Shown: positions 20,483-29,515, counted from the first letter of the stretch. The stretch is 64,000 bases of DNA from an uncultured Solirubrobacteraceae bacterium (GCA_963736505.1 CAVTOZ010000004.1:47405-111404), one strand, 5' to 3'. The notes: generated from the letters alone by a model not told the origin. Made by a program: numbers and translations.

Positions 20483-21720
20483 CCCGTGTCGACGTCCGCG
20501 CGGCGCTCGCCCAGGCCCATCGCGAGGAGTGGGTCTGGGTGGTCGCCGCCCTGACCCGGCGCTTCGCCGACCTGGACGTCGCCGAGGACGCGGCCGCCGA
20601 GGCGTTCGCGACCGCCGTCGAGCGGTGGCCCATCGACGGCGTTCCGCCCAACTCCGGCGCCTGGCTGACCACCACCGCCACCCGCAAGGCCATCGACCGG
20701 ATCCGGCGCGAGAGCAAGCGCGGCGGCAAGCACGAGGAGGCTCGGACCATGTACGACGACGACCCGCCCGAGCAGCTCGGCGCCATCGACGACGACCGGC
20801 TTCGCCTGATCTTCACCTGCTGTCACCCGGCACTGGCGATGGAGAGCCGCGTGGCCCTGACACTGCGCATGGTCGGCGGCCTCACCATGCCGGAGATCGC
20901 CCGGGCCTTCCTGGTGACCGAGAGCGCCATGGGCCAGCGCATCACCCGCGCGAAGGCGAAGATCAGGGCCGCCCGTATGCCCTACCGCGTGCCGTCCGCC
21001 GAGGATCTTCCGGCCCGCGTTTCCGGCGTGCTCGCCGTCCTCTATCTCGTGTTCAACGAGGGCTACCTGGCGACCGGCCCCGACGCCGATCCCCTCCGAC
21101 ACGAGCTGACCGCCGAGGCGATCCGGCTCACCCGGCTCGTCCGGACGCTGCTGCCCAGCGACGGCGAGACCGCCGGTCTGCTCGCCCTGATGCTGCTCAC
21201 CGAGGCTCGCCGGCGGGCCCGGGTCTCGGCCCGCGGCGAGCTCGTCTCCCTCGATGAGCAGGACCGCGGAGCCTGGGACGCCGCGCTGATCGCGGAGGGC
21301 CACCGACTCGTGCGGGAGCGCCTCGTGGCGGCCGCTGACGGGGCGGCTCCAGGCCGGTACCAGATCCTCGCCGCGATCAACGCCGTGCACACCTCCGCCC
21401 GCCATCTGCGCGACACCGACTGGGCCCAGGTGCTCGCGCTCTACGACCAGCTCGTCCGCCTCGACCCGTCGCCGATCGTCGCCCTCAACCGCGCCGTCGC
21501 GGTGGCTGAGCTCGACGGCCCGCAGCTCGCGCTGGCAACGGTCGACGATCTCGAACCACAGCTGGCCGACTATCACGCCTACCACGCCACCCGCGCCGAC
21601 CTGCTTCGCCGGCTCGGCCGCCGCCAACCGGCACGCGCGGCCTACGACAGGGCGATCGAGCTGGCCGGCAACACCGCCGAGACCCCTGCCCTCGTCCGGC
21701 GCCGCGACGAGCTCGGCTAA
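20479..21720 (+). CDS. ECF42-like sigma factor with C-terminal TPR-like extension
   Basis: AEDAAAEAFA, DDRLRLIFTCCHPAL, YQILAAINAVH, SPIVALNRAVA; follows a DGPF gene. Confidence 0.92.
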   Translation: MTRVDVRAALAQAHREEWVWVVAALTRRFADLDVAEDAAAEAFATAVERWPIDGVPPNSGAWLTTTATRKAIDRIRRESKRGGKHEEARTMYDDDPPEQLGAIDDDRLRLIFTCCHPALAMESRVALTLRMVGGLTMPEIARAFLVTESAMGQRITRAKAKIRAARMPYRVPSAEDLPARVSGVLAVLYLVFNEGYLATGPDADPLRHELTAEAIRLTRLVRTLLPSDGETAGLLALMLLTEARRRARVSARGELVSLDEQDRGAWDAALIAEGHRLVRERLVAAADGAAPGRYQILAAINAVHTSARHLRDTDWAQVLALYDQLVRLDPSPIVALNRAVAVAELDGPQLALATVDDLEPQLADYHAYHATRADLLRRLGRRQPARAAYDRAIELAGNTAETPALVRRRDELG

Positions 21721-22174
21721 CAACCGCCCCGCCCGCCCTGGGACGTCTGGCGCAAGAGCCCGAGGATCATGTCGAGCTGCTCTCGCACGCCCGCCAGAGG
21801 CTCGACGCTCTCGCCACGGTCGACCACGGCCTGGCACGTCTCGTTGAACCGTTCGCGGAGCACGCACAGCAGCGGCCGCACGATGAAGCGAGAAAGGCAT
21901 GGTCGCCGACGAGGTCGACCGGCTCGTCCTCGCGGCGGCTGTCCCAGTCGACCTGGTCGAGCAGCTGGCTCGCAGCGTGCCGCTGCGCGTTGGCTCGCCG
22001 CAGGCCCGCTCCGGAGTCCCCGTCCGGCGCAAGCAGGCCGGTCTCGCTCTCCATGGTGCTCTCGCCGCGGTCCTCCCACACCATCTGAAGATCCTGGTAC
22101 AGCGGATCGACCAACTCGGCCGGGACGCGCAGCTTGATGCGCGCTATCGAATCCCCCTTCGGGGATCGAGGCAT
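21717..22174 (-). CDS. Hypothetical protein, probably one ~152-aa gene frameshifted at ~21889
   Basis: MPRSPKGDSIARIKL..GDHAFL / FIVRPLLCVLRERFNE..; one C missing. Confidence 0.45.
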
Positions 22175-22224
22175 CGACTCAGCCTTCAGAACACGGACCG
22201 GCCGTCCCCCCCACCGGGGTCCTT

Positions 22225-22561
22225 AGCTAGCTAGACAAGGACTCCGACCTGTCAGCGGCTCTTGCTCGCCTACTCGCCCTGTTCGACTAACGCTGCCGCA
22301 TCGAGGCTTGCTGTTGTGATCTTGCGTTGTCGGTGATGTCCGACGCTGCGGAGAAGGTCCCGACCGGCGCGACTTGAAAGGAGCGTGGCCGCGCCCTCAG
22401 CAAGCCGTGTCAGCCGGGTGTCCGCTTCAACCGCGAGGAGAAGGGGACGCAGCCGATGATCGTGCTCGGTGCGGACATGCACAAGAGCTCACACACCGTC
22501 GCGGCTGTTGCGGCGGCGACGGGCGAAGTGCTCGACGACAAGACCGCGGCGGTTGCCGCTC
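22225..22561 (+). mobile_element. IS110-family remnant: structured 5' non-coding end plus the first ~35 codons of the transposase
   Basis: MIVLGADMHKSSHTVAAV (RuvC first Asp) from 22456, cut by IS3. Upstream stem GGCTTGCTG(22305)/CAGCAAGCC(22398). Left boundary approximate. Confidence 0.7.
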
Positions 22562-23213
22562 TGGAGTTCCCCCGCCTTTCCGGACACTTGACCAATCGCG
22601 CCCGCTGGGCGCGCAAGGATGGTGTCCAACGTGCCCAAGACCCGACCCGCGTACCCGCCGGAGTTCCGCCGTGAGGCGGTGCAGATGCTGCGCGCCGGCC
22701 GCGCGCCGCGCGAGCTCGCGAAGAGCCTCGGCGTGCCCGAGCAGACGCTCCGAAACTGGCGCCGTCAGGACCAGGCGGACCGCCGCGAGCGGACCGACGT
22801 GCCGACCAGCGCCGAGCTCGAGGAGCTGCGTCAGCTGCGCCGCGAGAACGCGCGCCTGAAGCAGGAGCGTGACCTGCTCAAACGAGCCGCGGCCTTCTTC
22901 GCAGCGAAGAACGAGCGCCGGTGACGGCCTACCGGTTGATCTCGGCGGAGAAGGCCCGCACCCCTGTCTCCATGTCGTGCCGGCTACTCGGCGTCAGTCG
23001 CTCCGGCTATTACGAATGGACCGCGAACCGGCCAAGCGCTCGCGCCCGCCGGGACGTCGAGTTGATCGAACGCATTAGGGCGATCCACAAGGACAACCTG
23101 GGTGTCTACGGCTCGCCCAGGATCCACGCCGACCTGCGTCTCGCGCACGGCATCCATGTCGGCCGCAAGCGCGTGGAGCGCTTGATGCACCAGGCCGGGA
23201 TCTCGGGGGTTCA
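22562..23213 (+). mobile_element. Truncated IS3-family element (left IR, orfA 22631-22924, 5' of orfB)
   Basis: IR TGGAGTTCCCCCGCCTTTCCGGACAC; orfA YPPEFRREAV..LKRAAAFF; orfB VSRSGYY..YGSPRIHADL..RVERLM; no DDE domain or right IR. Confidence 0.88.
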
Positions 23214-23423
23214 GTCGACGGCGAGATCTGCCGCGGCACCCGCACCGGCCGCTGCGCCGACCTCGTGCACGAGCTCGCCGCCGTCACCGGGCCGCTGCGC
23301 TCGACCGAGCTCATCTACTGCTGGGACCCCGACGGTCCATCAGACCCACGCGGCTTCGCCCGCGCCGACCATTGCGACCACATCCACGTGGGATGGGACG
23401 CATTAGACGCGACGTGGGCATGA
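23214..23423 (+). pseudogene. C-terminal fragment of a cell-wall peptidase/transglycosylase-like protein
   Basis: Frame not in the ORF track: VDGEICRG..ELIYCWDPDGPSDPRGFARADHCDHIHVGWD..* (HxH motif). Confidence 0.5.
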
Positions 23424-23442
23424 TGCAGCCGGGTAGCTTGGA

Positions 23443-23643
23443 TCAGGGACCGGATCCGCCGCCCGGGCCACCCTGGGCGCCTCCGCTGCCCGGGCTGCCC
23501 GGGGTCCGGTTTCTGTGGAGTTCGCGGAGCTCGGCCTTAGCGGCGGCTCGGCGCGCGTTCGCTTCTTTGCGGGCTTCGGGGCCGCCACCGCGGCCGGTCC
23601 ATTTCTCGCGGAGCCTGCGCAGCGGATTTCGCGAAGGAGGCAT
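23443..23643 (-). CDS. Small basic, Gly-rich hypothetical protein (66 aa)
   Basis: RBS GGAAAGGGAGAG; MPPSRNPLRRLREKW..GGPGGGSGP. Confidence 0.4.
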   Translation of the reverse strand: MPPSRNPLRRLREKWTGRGGGPEARKEANARRAAAKAELRELHRNRTPGSPGSGGAQGGPGGGSGP

Positions 23644-23741
23644 GAGCTCTCCCTTTCCTGTGGTCGTCGAGGCGACACTACTCCTGCCTGAGAGGACCTG
23701 CACCTCCTCGCAGCGGAGTCTCGGTGGGGGCGGCGCGCCGG

Positions 23742-24119
23742 CTACGGAGCGCGGACGTCGACCAGGTCTTCGATGATCTTGAAGTCCGCGACGTTGTGCG
23801 TGATCAAGTGAACCTTGTGGACGTTGGCGGTGGCCGCGATCGCGAGGTCCATCGCGCGCCGGCGGGGCTGGCCTCCGCGGGTGCGCACGGCGGCGGCGAG
23901 TCGTCCCCATTCGCGTGCGACCGCGGCATCGATCGGGAGTGGCTCGAAGGTCGACTCGATGACTCCGAGGCGCAGGCCTCGTCGGGCGCGCTCATTCGGC
24001 TCCTGCGCGACTTGGACGCCGAAGTGCAACTCGGCAAGGGAGGCGGCGCTGATCGCGCCTTCGAGCTCGCCGGGCTTCTCGGCGCCGACCAACACGGAGG
24101 TGTCGAGCAGCCCGCGCAT
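23742..24119 (-). CDS. vapC: VapC-type PIN toxin
   Basis: LLDTSVL, SLAEL, DLAIAATA, LITHNVADF. Confidence 0.9.
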   Translation of the reverse strand: MRGLLDTSVLVGAEKPGELEGAISAASLAELHFGVQVAQEPNERARRGLRLGVIESTFEPLPIDAAVAREWGRLAAAVRTRGGQPRRRAMDLAIAATANVHKVHLITHNVADFKIIEDLVDVRAP

Positions 24120-24362
24120 CTAGGCGAACGGATCGGCGAGTTCGCCGGGGAACCGCTCGAGGTCGGCGGCGAGCGTTTCGGGCACGGGCGTGTCCCAGAT
24201 CTTGTCCAGCTCGGGGCCGCTGACCCATTGCCGCCGGCGGGCGGGCCCGAGCTGCGCGACGGGTCGTCCCGCGACCGTGATCGTGAACTCCTCGCCGGCT
24301 TCCGCGCGGCGGAGCACGTCGGCGACGTTGTTGCGGAGCTCCTTCTGCGGGATCACAGGCAC
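24120..24362 (-). CDS. Phd/YefM-family antitoxin
   Basis: IPQKELRNNVADVLRRAEAGEEFTITVAGRPVAQL; adjacent to the toxin. Confidence 0.9.
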   Translation of the reverse strand: MPVIPQKELRNNVADVLRRAEAGEEFTITVAGRPVAQLGPARRRQWVSGPELDKIWDTPVPETLAADLERFPGELADPFA

Positions 24363-24614
24363 ACGCGGCAAGGTAGCAGAACTGCTACCTGATGCGGCGC
24401 TGTCTCGTTCTGGCTTCGGATGCCCGAGGCATTCCCGGCGCAGCCGGCTTCCCCAGCTGATCAGCGGAGTCGGGGCGGTTCCGTCAAGGGCAGCCCGTCA
24501 GCGCCGAGCGCAGCGAGCTGCGAAGCAGTGCTCTGGACGGGTTCGTGCCGGGCGCAGCTACGGGGCGACGCTACGTTGCCCGCATGGGTGCGTGGGGGAA
24601 GGGAACGTTCGAGA

Positions 24615-24788
24615 ATGACGCAGCTGTCGCGCCGGATGGGCACGAGCGTGGCGATGATCGACCGCACCTACGGCCACCTGGCCGCGGGCGCGGACGACTA
24701 CGAGCGTGACCTGCTCGACGCCTACGACAATCGGAATGGGCGCTGTGTGGGCGCTGGCTCTGAGAGTCCTGGAGACCGAAATGGCTGA
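24615..24788 (+). pseudogene. Tyrosine integrase C-terminal remnant
   Basis: LSRRMGTSVAMIDRTYGHL (catalytic Tyr region), ending 10 bp from the tRNA-Val 3' end. Confidence 0.7.
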
Positions 24789-24798
24789 TTTCCAGGAA

Positions 24799-24872
24799 TG
24801 GGCGGTGCGCGGCTCGAACGCGCGACCTCCTGCTTGTAAGGCAGGCGCTCTGACCAACTGAGCTAACCGCCC
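24799..24872 (-). tRNA. tRNA-Val(TAC)
   Basis: GGGCGGTTAGCTCAGTTGG..CCTGC-CTTACAA-GCAGG..GTTCGAGCC..ACCGCCCA. Confidence 0.96.
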
Positions 24873-24976
24873 CTGTGCGGCGACGGCCATGCTAGTGCGG
24901 CGGGCGTGTGACGGTTCGGGGATGCCGGAATCACGTGCATCGGCGCGTGTGGTATCCACCCCCTGTGGTACGCCGC

Positions 24977-25903
24977 ATGCTCGCGATCGTCGTGATCGCA
25001 GTGCTCGCCGCGGGGTCTGGCTGGGCGTTCTTCTCGCTCGCCGCGAGCGGGAAGCCGCTGGCCGCTCGTGGCGGCGTGAGGCTGGCCGCGAGCAGCGGCG
25101 CGCTCGTGCACGGGCGCTGGCAGGCATGGGCGAACTCGGCGCTCGTGCCGACCGTCTCCGGGCGCGTGACGATGCGGCTGACCGGATGTCCGGCGCTGCC
25201 GAAGGCCGCAGGCTGCGTGTTCCCGCGCGCGCCGCGCGTGGTCTACCTGCGCGCCGGCCTGCGCGACGCGCGCGGGGTGCTGCTGCACGAGCTCGGGCAC
25301 GTGTACGACCTGACCGTGCTCAACGACGGCGACCGCGCGAGCTTCCGCGCGATCTTCCACGTCCCGGCGTCGCGCGCGTGGTGGAGGGGGGCGGTCCCGC
25401 TCGCCGAGTGGTTCGCGGAGGGCTACTCGTGGTGCGCGCGCTACGCCCACATCGTCTCGGTCAAGCGCTACGCGCTCTACGACTACGACCCGACCGCGGC
25501 GCAGCACCGAAAGCTGTGCGCGCTGATCACGCGCGCCGCGCGCGACCGGACGCCGCCGCAGGCGCCGGAGGCGCCGCCGGTCATGACCGGCGATCCCGCT
25601 CCCCCGAGCGTCATGCCCAGCGTCGTGCCGGGCGATCCCGTCAGGGACGTCGTCACGCCGGAGCGCGCCGCGTCGGCCACCGTGACGCCCGCGGCGGCGC
25701 CCTCGGCGACCGCGACCCCGCACCACATGCGCACGCCGACGCCGACGCCGACCCCGAGCGCGACGCCGACGCCGAGCGCGACGCCGACGGCGGAGCCCGA
25801 GCCGGAGCCCACCGCGACCGCGACGCCCGAGCCCGAGGCCACGCCGGAGCCGGAGCCCGAGCCGACGGTCGAGCCGGAGCCGACCCCGACCGCCGCGCGC
25901 TGA
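24977..25903 (+). CDS. Secreted zincin-like metallopeptidase with Pro/Thr/Glu-rich tail
   Basis: Hydrophobic N-terminus, LLHELGH, EWFAEGY, (PT/PE)n C-terminus. Confidence 0.7.
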   Translation: MLAIVVIAVLAAGSGWAFFSLAASGKPLAARGGVRLAASSGALVHGRWQAWANSALVPTVSGRVTMRLTGCPALPKAAGCVFPRAPRVVYLRAGLRDARGVLLHELGHVYDLTVLNDGDRASFRAIFHVPASRAWWRGAVPLAEWFAEGYSWCARYAHIVSVKRYALYDYDPTAAQHRKLCALITRAARDRTPPQAPEAPPVMTGDPAPPSVMPSVVPGDPVRDVVTPERAASATVTPAAAPSATATPHHMRTPTPTPTPSATPTPSATPTAEPEPEPTATATPEPEATPEPEPEPTVEPEPTPTAAR

Positions 25904-25922
25904 CGCGCTGACGCGTGCGATC

Positions 25923-26267
25923 ATGGCGGCCATGGATCGGTCGGTCGCCTGGCGGGCGGCGCTGCTGCAGGCGCTGCTGCTCACCGTGACGGCGCTCGTG
26001 CTCGCGGCGCTGCTCGACAAGCAGTTCTTCCGCGACTGGGGCTGGCTCGCGGGTCCCGGTGCGTGGGCCGCCTGCGCGCTCGCGACGGGCGCCTTCCTGC
26101 GCCTGGACCCGCTCGCCGTGCTGATCGGCGCCGCGCTCGCGGGCATCCCGAGCCTGATCACCGTGCTGATCGGGGTGCACTGGCTCGGCGCGCCGTTCGG
26201 GGTCGCCGCGTTCGCCGCCTGGTGCGGCCATCTCGCCGTCCGCCGCCAGCGACTCGCGCCGGTCTGA
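25923..26267 (+). CDS. Small multi-TM membrane protein
   Basis: Four hydrophobic segments; stop overlaps the next start. Confidence 0.7.
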   Translation: MAAMDRSVAWRAALLQALLLTVTALVLAALLDKQFFRDWGWLAGPGAWAACALATGAFLRLDPLAVLIGAALAGIPSLITVLIGVHWLGAPFGVAAFAAWCGHLAVRRQRLAPV

Positions 26268-27019
26268 TGGACCTCGGGCTCGGAGGCCGCGTCGCGCTCG
26301 TGACCGGCGGATCGAAGGGGATCGGGCGCGGGATCGCGGAGGGGCTCGCGGCCGAGGGCGCGCGCGTCGCCCTGACGTCGCGCTCCGAGGACGCCGCGCG
26401 CGCGGTGGCGGGCGAGATCGACGGCGCCCGCGGCTACCGGTTCGACTCCGGCGATCTCGACGCGATCCCGGACCTGCTGGCGCGCGTCGAGGCCGACCTC
26501 GGCCCGCTCGACGTCTACATCGCCAACACCGGCGGTCCCCCGCTCGGCGACCCGCTCTCGTTCACGCGCGCGCAGTGGGAGGAGGCGCACCGCACGCTCG
26601 TGCTGTCGCCGATGACGTTCCTCGAGCGCGTCATCCCCGGCATGCGCGAGCGCGGCTTCGGCCGGATCGTCGCGATCGGCTCGATGGCCGTGCGCGAGCC
26701 GATCGACCCGCTTCAGCTCTCCAACACGCACCGCCCGGGCCTGGTCGCCGCGTTCAAGGTGCTCGCCCGCCAGTGCGCCGCCGACGGCGTCACGCTCAAC
26801 CACGTGCACCCGGGCCGGATCGCCACCGCCCGCCTCGCCGACGCGACGGGCTCGCTCGAGCCGGCCGAGGCGAACGCGCGAGAGACCGTCCCGGCCCGGC
26901 GCCTCGGAACCGTTGAGGAGCTCGCGGCCGCCGCCGTGTTCCTGTGCTCCGTCCAGGCCGCGTACATCACGGGCACCAGCGTGCTCGTGGACGGCGGCCT
27001 GACGCGCAGCACGTCCTAG
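26267..27019 (+). CDS. SDR-family oxidoreductase
   Basis: MDLGLGGRVALVTGGSKGIG, ANTGGPP, VHPG..AT, VDGG. Confidence 0.93.
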   Translation: MDLGLGGRVALVTGGSKGIGRGIAEGLAAEGARVALTSRSEDAARAVAGEIDGARGYRFDSGDLDAIPDLLARVEADLGPLDVYIANTGGPPLGDPLSFTRAQWEEAHRTLVLSPMTFLERVIPGMRERGFGRIVAIGSMAVREPIDPLQLSNTHRPGLVAAFKVLARQCAADGVTLNHVHPGRIATARLADATGSLEPAEANARETVPARRLGTVEELAAAAVFLCSVQAAYITGTSVLVDGGLTRSTS

Positions 27020-27031
27020 AATTCCCCCCGC

Positions 27032-27103
27032 GCCCCCATGGTGTAACGGTTAGCACGACAGGTTTTCAACCTGTTAGCGCGAGTTCGACTCTCGCTGGGG
27101 GTA
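27032..27103 (+). tRNA. tRNA-Glu(TTC)
   Basis: GCCCCCA/TGGGGGT acceptor stem, ACAGG-TTTTCAA-CCTGT, GCGAG-TTCGACT-CTCGC. Confidence 0.93.
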
Positions 27104-27148
27104 TCCACGACGGTGGGTTCGATTCGATCGATCCGTCCGAGCTCGATG

Positions 27149-27162
27149 CGAACATGTGTTCG
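27149..27162. promoter_or_regulatory. LexA (SOS) box
   Basis: CGAAC-ATGT-GTTCG, an exact match to the Gram-positive CGAAC-RNRY-GTTCG consensus, abutting the next start codon. Confidence 0.8.
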
Positions 27163-27845
27163 TGTCACACCCGCCCGAACTCCGCCGGCATGCCCGTGAG
27201 CTTCGCGGCCAGGGCCACTCGATCAAGACGATCGCACGCGAGTTGCGGATCGCGCAGTCGACTGCCAGCGTCTGGGTCGCCGGCGTCCCGCTGACAGACG
27301 AGCAGCGACGGCGCCTCGCCCAGTTGTCGGACCGACAGCGGGCCGGCCTCCGCACGCGGGTCGTGCGCGCGCGGCAGGCGCGGCTCGACGCCCAGGACCT
27401 CGGTCGCATGGTCGCGAAGGTCGACGAGCCGCTGCATTGGGCGGGCTGCATGCTCTTCTGGGCCGAAGGCTCGAAGAAGCGCAACGGCGTGGCGTTCACG
27501 AACTCCGACGTCGACATGATGCGCTTCTTCCTGCGTTTCCTGCGCGAGTGCTACGACGTGCCCGACGACCGGGTGCGGCTGTGCGTCAACTGCTTCCTCG
27601 GCAACGGCCTGACGCTCGCGGAGATCCAAGGCTGGTGGCTCGAACGCCTTGATCTGCCCGCGAGTTGCCTGACCAAGGCGACGGTGAACCGGCCCTCGCG
27701 GGCGTCGAAGGGCGTGCGCCGGCCACTCTTGCACGGCACGGCTCGACTGACAGTCAGCTCGACAACACTCGTGCAGAGCATCTACGGCGCCATCCAAGAG
27801 TATGCCGGGATCGAGAGGCCGGAGTGGGCCGACCTCCGCTCCTAA
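27162..27845 (+). CDS. HTH plus LAGLIDADG-like protein, tRNA-associated
   Basis: N-terminal HTH (ARELRGQGHSIKTIARELRIAQSTASVW); GCMLFWAEGSK helix followed by FTNSD..MRFFLRFL. Confidence 0.7.
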   Translation: MSHPPELRRHARELRGQGHSIKTIARELRIAQSTASVWVAGVPLTDEQRRRLAQLSDRQRAGLRTRVVRARQARLDAQDLGRMVAKVDEPLHWAGCMLFWAEGSKKRNGVAFTNSDVDMMRFFLRFLRECYDVPDDRVRLCVNCFLGNGLTLAEIQGWWLERLDLPASCLTKATVNRPSRASKGVRRPLLHGTARLTVSSTTLVQSIYGAIQEYAGIERPEWADLRS

Positions 27846-28012
27846 GTCGAGGTCGGCTCCTCGTCCGGCCAGTAGCCGTGCGCGTCGAAGAACTCGCGCG
27901 CCTCCTCCTCGCGGTCGCGGTCGTGGCGGCCCGTGATGAGGAAGTACACGACGACCGCGCACATCGCGAAGCTCGCCACGCAGGCGAAGACGGCCCAGAT
28001 CTGGTCGAACAC
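27842..28012 (-). CDS. Small single-TM protein (56 aa), not in the ORF track
   Basis: MFDQIWAVFACVASFAMCAVVVYFLITGRHDRDREEEAREFFDAHGYWPDEEPTST; GTG start. Confidence 0.6.
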   Translation of the reverse strand: MFDQIWAVFACVASFAMCAVVVYFLITGRHDRDREEEAREFFDAHGYWPDEEPTST

Positions 28013-28036
28013 GCCCTACATGTTGACGGTTCCGGG

Positions 28037-29236
28037 TCAGCGGGCGCCGAGAAGGTGCTCCAGGGCCAGCTGGTTGAGGCGGACGAAGCCGTAGCCGCGG
28101 GCGCCGACGGCGTCCGCGTCGTAGTCCTCGAAGGCCGTGCGGTCGTCGAGCAGCGCCTGCCACGTCTCGCCGGCGTCCAGCGTCGGCTTCGACAGCTCGG
28201 CGACCTTCGACGCCTCGAGCGCCTCCTGCACCTCGGGGTCCGCGCGGAACGCGGCCGCGCGCGCCTTCAGGAGCAGGTACGTGCGCATGTTCGCCTCGGC
28301 CGAGGCCCAGACGCCGTCGAGGTCCTCGGTCCGCGAAGGCTTGTAGTCGAAGTGGCGCGGGCCGTCGTAGCCGCTCGTCTCGAGCAGGTCGACGAGCGCG
28401 AACGCCTCGATCAGGTTGCCGTGCCCGAACACGAGGTCCTGGTCGAACTTCGGCCCGAACTGGCCGTTCAGATCGACGTGGAAGAGCTTGCCGTGCCAGA
28501 GCGCCTGCGCCACCGCGTGCGCGAAGTTCAGGTTCGACATGTGCTCGTGCCCGACCTCCGGGTTCACGCCGACCATGTCGTGGTGCTCGAGCGTGGAGAT
28601 GAACGCGAGCGCGTGCCCGACGGTCGGCAGCAGGATGTCGCCGCGCGGCTCGTTCGGCTTCGGCTCGACCGCGAAGCGCAGCCCGTAGCCCTTGTCGACC
28701 ACGTAGCCGGCGAGGAAGTCGAGCCCCTCGCGGTAGCGCTCCAGCGCCGCGCCGATGTCCTTCGCCGCGTGGTACTCGGCGCCCTCGCGGCCGCCCCAGA
28801 ACACGTACGTCGAAGCGCCCAGCTCCGCCGCCAGGTCGATGTTGCGCATGACCTTGCGCAACGCGAACCGGCGGACGGAGCGATCGTTGGACGTGACCCC
28901 CCCGTCCTTGAAGACCGGATGCGAGAAGAGGTTGGTGGTGACCATCGGGACGACGAGCCCGGTCTCCTCGAGCGCCGCCTTGAAGCGCGCGATCAGGCGG
29001 TCGCGCTCCTTCGCGTCGGTCCCGAACGGGATCAGGTCGTCGTCATGGAACGAGACGCCCCAGGCGCCGCGCTCGGCGAGCCGGTGGACGGTCTCGACCG
29101 GGTCGATCGGCGCGCGCGTCGCCGAGCCGAACGGGTCGCTCGCCGGCCAGCCGACGGTCCAGAGCCCGAACGAGAACTTGTCGCTCGGCGAGGGAGTCGG
29201 GGCATCGCCGGTCAGATGGGGAGCGGTGGCACTCAA
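28037..29236 (-). CDS. xylA: Xylose isomerase
   Basis: [46 protein letters not shown]. Confidence 0.97.
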   Translation of the reverse strand: MSATAPHLTGDAPTPSPSDKFSFGLWTVGWPASDPFGSATRAPIDPVETVHRLAERGAWGVSFHDDDLIPFGTDAKERDRLIARFKAALEETGLVVPMVTTNLFSHPVFKDGGVTSNDRSVRRFALRKVMRNIDLAAELGASTYVFWGGREGAEYHAAKDIGAALERYREGLDFLAGYVVDKGYGLRFAVEPKPNEPRGDILLPTVGHALAFISTLEHHDMVGVNPEVGHEHMSNLNFAHAVAQALWHGKLFHVDLNGQFGPKFDQDLVFGHGNLIEAFALVDLLETSGYDGPRHFDYKPSRTEDLDGVWASAEANMRTYLLLKARAAAFRADPEVQEALEASKVAELSKPTLDAGETWQALLDDRTAFEDYDADAVGARGYGFVRLNQLALEHLLGAR

Positions 29237-29255
29237 AGCGGACTTCCTTTCGAAA

Positions 29256-29291
29256 CCGGCGCGGTCCCCTGGGGAGAGGGGACCGCGCCGG
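29256..29291. terminator. Intercistronic 15-bp perfect hairpin upstream of xylA
   Basis: CCGGCGCGGTCCCCT-N6-AGGGGACCGCGCCGG. Confidence 0.6.
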
Positions 29292-29299
29292 CGGGACCC

Positions 29300-29515
29300 C
29301 TACGGAGTGGTAGTCGACAACGTGAACGTCAGCGTCTTCGAGTAGCTCCCGGTGCGGAGCGCGTCGTTGGCGCCGATGTGCTGCGTGAACCCAATGGTGA
29401 CGGCTCCGTTGGAGACCGGTCCGGACCACGTGGACGGAGTCATATTGACCTGAAGCGCCTCCGGCAGCATGAACGTCCCACGACCTCGACTAACGACCGC
29501 CCGCCGGACTCTCAT
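29300..29515 (-). pseudogene. 71-aa mini-ORF: strong start fused to the last ~60 aa of the conserved C-terminal domain
   Basis: RBS AGGAGGAGGAGG; MRVRRAVVSRGR|GTFMLPEALQV..GPVSN..IGANDALRTGSYSKTLTFTLSTTTP. Confidence 0.65.

Noticed and set aside
21721-21740. ACCGCCC as the second att copy of tRNA-Val
   Set aside because: Wrong orientation for a direct repeat and only 7 bp in GC-rich DNA.
24603-24610. GAACGTTC as an SOS box before the integrase stub
   Set aside because: It lacks the 4-bp spacer required by the LexA consensus.
25730-25895. Tandem DNA repeats (also 8880-9050 and 60360-60420)
   Set aside because: Explained by Pro/Thr/Ala-rich protein linkers.
27104-27130. tRNA T-arm-like fragment GTGGGTTCGATTC as an att remnant
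   Set aside because: No complementary 3' stem and no match to the adjacent tRNA; too short to support.
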